Positions 59,720 to 64,000 of a DNA stretch of 64,000 nt are shown here, one piece after another. The translations under genes and the position numbers were made by a program. The notes under the pieces are model-generated. The model saw nothing but the letters and a program-made list of their open reading frames with translations, was not told the origin of the DNA and did no database searches. The DNA is taken from positions 19,213 through 83,212 of the forward strand of contig JAVVGF010000003.1 of the NCBI GenBank assembly GCA_032249235.1. The letters run 5' to 3'. The stretch is from Thermoproteota archaeon. GTDB taxonomy: Archaea > Thermoproteota > Thermoprotei > Gearchaeales > Gearchaeaceae. Position 1 is the first letter of the stretch; the number at the start of each line of letters is the position of its first letter.

Positions 59720-60882
59720 TCTTCTTCAACTATTTCTTTCATACTTTTCAAGCTAACATTTACTTTGTTCCAATTCCTTAAATAATAACAAGCTTTCACG
59801 CTATTAGTTATTACTGAATCGAATTCTTTTTTATCTACTAAAGGTGTTAAGCATGAACAAGAATCGCAATATATTTCAACACCTGCCCTTTCTAGCTCAT
59901 TTACATAGCCAAACTTCTTCGCTTCATTGTATATTTTTCTAGCACAAAATAGAATGCATTTTTTCTTAAATTTCCTTTCTCCTTTTCTCAGCAAAATGCT
60001 TAGCATTCTCAATTCTTCCATTCCAAGTTGAGGGCTTCCGAATACTATCAGATCACCCTTATCAGAATTTGCAAGTCTTTCGAATATTTCCTTTGATTCT
60101 TTTTCATCATATTCTACTGTTTCCTCATATCTTGAATCTTTTTTAGCAAGCTCGAACATTCCCGCTGAGCCAGAGGTTCCTAGCGAGGCGCTTAAAGATT
60201 TAGCATAAATTTCGTTAAACCCATTTTTTATATCAAAGGCTATTGAATACTCATTGAATATTCCAGCGAAATATCCGAGCAAGCCATATTCAAGTTCATT
60301 TTTTAATTCCTTCTTGACTCTAATGCACAATCTTGGCTTTCTAAATTCTTCTAATCTCAATCCAGAATAAGGAGACTTGCCTGTTATTGCACTTGCTAAA
60401 GCGCTGAGTGCGCTTTCTTTATTTGTTTTAAGACCTAATATTGAATTCGCAAATATTGCTGCATTACTTTCAGCGAAGCTTACATGCTTACCTCTTTCGG
60501 GGATTTCATAAACTTGATAAGGTATGCAAGTATAAGAAGCGATTATGCCCATTTTTTCATAAGCTCTTCTAATCCTTTCTTGCTTTTCTTTAAATTCCTT
60601 GCTTATAATTGCGCTTTTATATGGGTCGTAACCCATTGGATTAAGCGTAGATTTTATCTTAACTTTTTCTCCTTTCATTTTTTCGCTTAAGTCTTCAAGA
60701 AATTTCAAACCTGCATCTCCTATTGTATTGTAATTAACACCTGAAATATGAGCCCATTCGACTTCTATCAATTTTTCTGCATTCGTTGCTTCTCCTATAG
60801 CAACTAATATACTATAAGCTAATTCAATTGCTTCCCCATATTCTCCTTTTAGAGCTTTTTCTTCTTCATTAGATAAGTACAC
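59710..60882 (-). CDS. Aconitase X large (catalytic) subunit (DUF521)
   Basis: About 390 aa with a DUF521-like N-terminus (…WAHISGVNY…) and conserved Cys/Ser residues. It is paired with a DUF126 gene, as in type II AcnX. Confidence 0.65.
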   Translation of the reverse strand: MYLSNEEEKALKGEYGEAIELAYSILVAIGEATNAEKLIEVEWAHISGVNYNTIGDAGLKFLEDLSEKMKGEKVKIKSTLNPMGYDPYKSAIISKEFKEKQERIRRAYEKMGIIASYTCIPYQVYEIPERGKHVSFAESNAAIFANSILGLKTNKESALSALASAITGKSPYSGLRLEEFRKPRLCIRVKKELKNELEYGLLGYFAGIFNEYSIAFDIKNGFNEIYAKSLSASLGTSGSAGMFELAKKDSRYEETVEYDEKESKEIFERLANSDKGDLIVFGSPQLGMEELRMLSILLRKGERKFKKKCILFCARKIYNEAKKFGYVNELERAGVEIYCDSCSCLTPLVDKKEFDSVITNSVKACYYLRNWNKVNVSLKSMKEIVEEECE

Positions 60883-60953
60883 TTGTTAAATAACGCTAGT
60901 AAAATAATAAAAACTACTTTCAAAGTTTTATTCAAGATAATTTAATTTAAGAT

Positions 60954-61607
60954 ATGCCCAATCATTATTATGTTAACGTACTAGCTTTGTCTTTCAATTC
61001 AGAATGGTGGAAAATGAGCGAAACAAGACAAAGCGACGAGTTACTTGAGGTAGAAGAAGTATTGAAGAGGTTTATTAAAGAAAAAGAAATCGATGTTCTT
61101 AGAATTTTCAATTCTTTGAGATATGATAACGATTTAATATTTTGGATCATAGCAAACGATACAAATAAAATAATTGAATTTCAAAGAATTATAAAGAAAA
61201 AAATTGGAAAATACTCGAATCTTAGACATGGATTTCTTTCTATACTTGAACCTTCTCCTTATTTTAAAGGACAATTGAAGCCTTTCAACAAGGAACCTAA
61301 GCGATATTTTGTTGCATATCCTATGAAAAGAGATCCTGAATGGTTTTTACTTAGCGAAGAAGAAAGAAAGAAAATAGTTGAAGAGCATATAAGAATTGCT
61401 GCAACCCATCCTGAAAATGTAGGAATAGTTTCTTATACATCATATTCTTTTGGTATCGATGATAATGAATATGTTGTACTATATGAGCTTGATTCGCTTG
61501 TTTCTTGGGCACATGTAGTTGAAAAGCTAAGGGAAGCGAAGCATAGGAAATGGATTTTAAGAGAAGAACCTCTTTTAGTTGGAGAACTATATAGATTCCT
61601 AGCTTAG
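60954..61607 (+). CDS. Chlorite dismutase (HemQ/Cld-like) family protein
   Basis: A roughly 217 aa ferredoxin-like fold pattern with a conserved distal region (…YFVAYPMKRDPEWF…). Confidence 0.65.
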   Translation: MPNHYYVNVLALSFNSEWWKMSETRQSDELLEVEEVLKRFIKEKEIDVLRIFNSLRYDNDLIFWIIANDTNKIIEFQRIIKKKIGKYSNLRHGFLSILEPSPYFKGQLKPFNKEPKRYFVAYPMKRDPEWFLLSEEERKKIVEEHIRIAATHPENVGIVSYTSYSFGIDDNEYVVLYELDSLVSWAHVVEKLREAKHRKWILREEPLLVGELYRFLA

Positions 61608-62848
61608 CATTTCATAGCTAAATAAACATTATTGACATTATTTCCTGTATAGCCTCTTTTTATTAGTTTATTCACTTTTTCGAAAGCAAAAGCAGTATTA
61701 TTATCTGAAAATTCTTTTTCTATATCTATTCCTGCATCGATTATTTCTTTCAATGTATTCTCATCAGCCCATGCACCTGCAGCATTTGAATTTCCATCGA
61801 ATCCATCAGTAGCATATGCTAAAATTTTAAAATTCTCTTTTACAGCGTTGATTATGAAAGATAGAGCGAATTCTGTATTTCTACCTCCTTTTCCTTTACC
61901 TATAACTTTCACTTCAGGCTCGCCGCCCATGATCAAAAGCTTCTTGTTTTTATTTTCAAGGAATATTCTTGCAAAAAGCTTCGCTATTTCTTTGCTCTCT
62001 CCTGAAGCCCAAGAAGTTAGTATTAAAGGATGAAGATTTCTCATTTTTTCTTTAATACCTTCAAGAACATCTCTATTCCTTAAAACGATGAAATGAGGAG
62101 AATTTAGATGCTTAGGAGTTTCTTCAATTTCATTATTCATTCCTTTATTTATTATATTTCTTATCGATTCTGGAATTTTATCCCATATACCTCTGTTTTT
62201 CAAAATAGCATAAGCATCCTTGTAAGTCGTAGGATCAGCAACTGTAGGACCGCTACCTATTGTTGAGATATCATCAAATGGAACATCGCTTATTGCCAAT
62301 GTAATAATTCTAGGTTTGCAAATCTTAGCTAGCCTTCCACCTTTAATCTTAGATAAATGTTTTCTTACAGCATTAATTTCAAATATTGTTGCGCCGCTCT
62401 TCAGCAATAAATCATTTAGCTTTATCAGATCTTCAAGATCTACAAAAGGATCTTCGATAAGAGATGACGAACCTCCTGATATCAAGAAAATTACTGAAGA
62501 ATAGTCTTTCTTAATCTCTTCTTCTATTATCTTGCTTGCTTCTATGCTTTTTTCAGAAGGAAGAGGATGTGTAGATCTCACTTCAATGAATCCTTCTATT
62601 TTATCGAGCGGATCGTTTGAAGGTCTAACTATTATTCCTCTTTCAGGTTTTATGATTTCCTTAGCCCATTTCGCCATTTTGAAAGCACACTTACCAACAG
62701 ATATTACAAGAGGCGTTGAACCAATTTCGAACTTAAATTTGTTGATTACTAATTTCGAATCTTTGATGATTACTCTTTTAAGTAATGCATGGTATGAATC
62801 AGCTAAAGAATCTATCAATTCTATTAACTCTTGAATTTGATAATCCAC
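61604..62848 (-). CDS. Glycerate 2-kinase (MOFRL family)
   Basis: The MOFRL motif DGFDGNSNAAGA, a length of about 414 aa, and a conserved N-terminal domain. Confidence 0.8.
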   Translation of the reverse strand: MDYQIQELIELIDSLADSYHALLKRVIIKDSKLVINKFKFEIGSTPLVISVGKCAFKMAKWAKEIIKPERGIIVRPSNDPLDKIEGFIEVRSTHPLPSEKSIEASKIIEEEIKKDYSSVIFLISGGSSSLIEDPFVDLEDLIKLNDLLLKSGATIFEINAVRKHLSKIKGGRLAKICKPRIITLAISDVPFDDISTIGSGPTVADPTTYKDAYAILKNRGIWDKIPESIRNIINKGMNNEIEETPKHLNSPHFIVLRNRDVLEGIKEKMRNLHPLILTSWASGESKEIAKLFARIFLENKNKKLLIMGGEPEVKVIGKGKGGRNTEFALSFIINAVKENFKILAYATDGFDGNSNAAGAWADENTLKEIIDAGIDIEKEFSDNNTAFAFEKVNKLIKRGYTGNNVNNVYLAMKC

Positions 62849-62919
62849 AATCCATATACATGATTCTGGCTTAAATTAAGAACGATTATCTTGGCTTATT
62901 ATCAAAATATTGCATTAAA

Positions 62920-63264
62920 TTAATCTTTCAAGAGAGGAATAAATTTTCTTATTTCGTTGATCAATTTTTTTGCAATATTTATGCAATTGACAGCTAATTC
63001 CTCATTGATTTCAATTTCGCTATAATCGGCATCCTTCCTTCTCTCATATAGATAAAAAGCCTGCACAGCTAATTCCTCTTTTCCTAAATATTTTAAAATG
63101 TTTATCAACTTATCATCTTTCTTAGGTATAGCTGATCTTAGACTTCTGGCTAATAACTCAATTTCTTTTCTAACAGCAAAGTATGAAGCAGAGACAGCTT
63201 TATTGAAACATTTATTCTTTATGTCAATTTCTGCTTCATTTATTAAAGTATCTGCCTTGTTCAT
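62920..63264 (-). CDS. HEPN domain protein
   Basis: A 114 aa all-helical protein with an R…DADY motif. It overlaps the upstream MNT-like gene by 29 nt. Confidence 0.55.
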   Translation of the reverse strand: MNKADTLINEAEIDIKNKCFNKAVSASYFAVRKEIELLARSLRSAIPKKDDKLINILKYLGKEELAVQAFYLYERRKDADYSEIEINEELAVNCINIAKKLINEIRKFIPLLKD

Positions 63265-63772
63265 TTTCAGAAATTATGTAGAAGTTTATAGAACAGTCAT
63301 ACTTAGAATTTACCTCAAGAGTAGCCTTCGCTATTTTTCTTATTATATCATCACTTTTATACTTAACAATTACTAAAACGTTGCTATCATAACCGTTTAT
63401 TTCTTTTACTTCAAGAATTTCAGGAAATTTCATCAATTTTTCTTTGAATTCCTTCAAGGAATCTTCGCAATCTTTTCTGCTCATTCTATAACTCAAAAAT
63501 GAATCAATAGTGTTCTTATCATTTTCATTAGTTATATAGAAATTTATCGAGCATTTATACTTCGAATTAATTTCTAGAGCAATTTTTGCTACTCTTTTTA
63601 TTATCTCGTCTTTTTTATTCCTTACAACCACCAATACGTTACTATCATATATCAAGTCATCTTCTCCTAAACCTATTATCATTATTAAATCATTTCCTAA
63701 TTCATTTCTAAGTCTATCAGCAAACTCATATAATGCTCTCCCCCATTCTTCAGCAAAATTTAGTACGTACAC
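63236..63772 (-). CDS. Nucleotidyltransferase (MNT)-like protein with an internally duplicated module
   Basis: Two copies of a roughly 45 aa module (DSNVLVVVRNKKDEIIKRVAKIALEINSKYKCSINFYI and DSNVLVIVKYKSDDIIRKIAKATLEVNSKYDCSINFYI). It is the partner of the downstream HEPN gene. Confidence 0.5.
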   Translation of the reverse strand: MYVLNFAEEWGRALYEFADRLRNELGNDLIMIIGLGEDDLIYDSNVLVVVRNKKDEIIKRVAKIALEINSKYKCSINFYITNENDKNTIDSFLSYRMSRKDCEDSLKEFKEKLMKFPEILEVKEINGYDSNVLVIVKYKSDDIIRKIAKATLEVNSKYDCSINFYIISENEQGRYFNK

Positions 63773-64000
63773 ATGTAGTTTTTAACATGGAAATAAATAA
63801 ATCTAAATGTTTGGGATTAGACTGTTTTAAATCAGGAAAATCTCAAAGAACTTAAAAAAATAAATCTATTACTTATTAAAAAATACTTAAATATCTTTTA
63901 GTATTGAGAGAATTTTTTGCATCTTATTTGATAACTCTTTTTTAGTATATTGCTAAAATTAAAATTCAAAAATTTCTTGTATAAGATGAAGCTTCAGATT

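Noticed and set aside
1-64000. CRISPR arrays, tRNA genes and rRNA genes
   Set aside because: There is no regularly spaced direct-repeat array. There are no GC-rich stretches of 70-90 nt that could fold into a thermophile tRNA cloverleaf. Nothing is rRNA-like. The intergenic regions are uniformly AT-rich.

Overview
This 64 kb window looks like chromosome from an AT-rich crenarchaeon of the Sulfolobales type. It is about one third G+C, carries two PaREP1-family genes, and has archaeal GatE, a TIP49/RuvB-like ATPase and a 4-hydroxyphenylacetate (4-HPA) gene set of the kind known from Sulfolobus/Sulfurisphaera. Coding density is high on both strands. I found no rRNA, tRNA or CRISPR array.

Roughly 0-31.6 kb and 43.1-64 kb are core metabolism:
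- livG/livF ABC ATPases
- a 4-HPA (homoprotocatechuate) catabolic cluster
- an M20 peptidase
- gatE
- an MIO-type ammonia-lyase
- an acyl-CoA dehydrogenase
- a MoxR/DUF58 operon
- a PhoH-KH ATPase
- an ABC-ATPase/MscS operon
- TatD
- a ComA-like protein with an FAD-dependent oxidoreductase
- a Clp1-like kinase
- a RibD-C/ArfC-type reductase next to cofG/cofH-like radical-SAM genes
- an orphan beta-class DNA methyltransferase
- an MFS transporter
- a CBS-malic enzyme
- PLP-dependent enzymes
- glutamine synthetase
- a 2-hydroxyacid dehydrogenase
- an AcnX (DUF521/DUF126) pair
- a chlorite-dismutase-like protein
- glycerate kinase

The stretch from about 31.6 to 43.1 kb is accessory-like. It holds two PaREP1 paralogs, one intact and one heavily degraded HEPN/MNT toxin-antitoxin pair, transporters, gene remnants, and a 34-nt copy of the 5' end of the reductase gene that marks a roughly 3.4 kb inserted segment.

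The items most worth a second look:
- a standalone LigD-PolDom-like archaeo-eukaryotic primase (AEP) with an N-terminal winged helix
- an ABC ATPase that is translationally coupled to an MscS channel and has no permease
- the reductase/amidohydrolase/cofH/cofG cluster
- two identical A8 homopolymer frameshifts that split otherwise conserved genes
- the duplicated gene 5' end

Every call rests on motif and family recognition by eye from the translations. No database search was possible.
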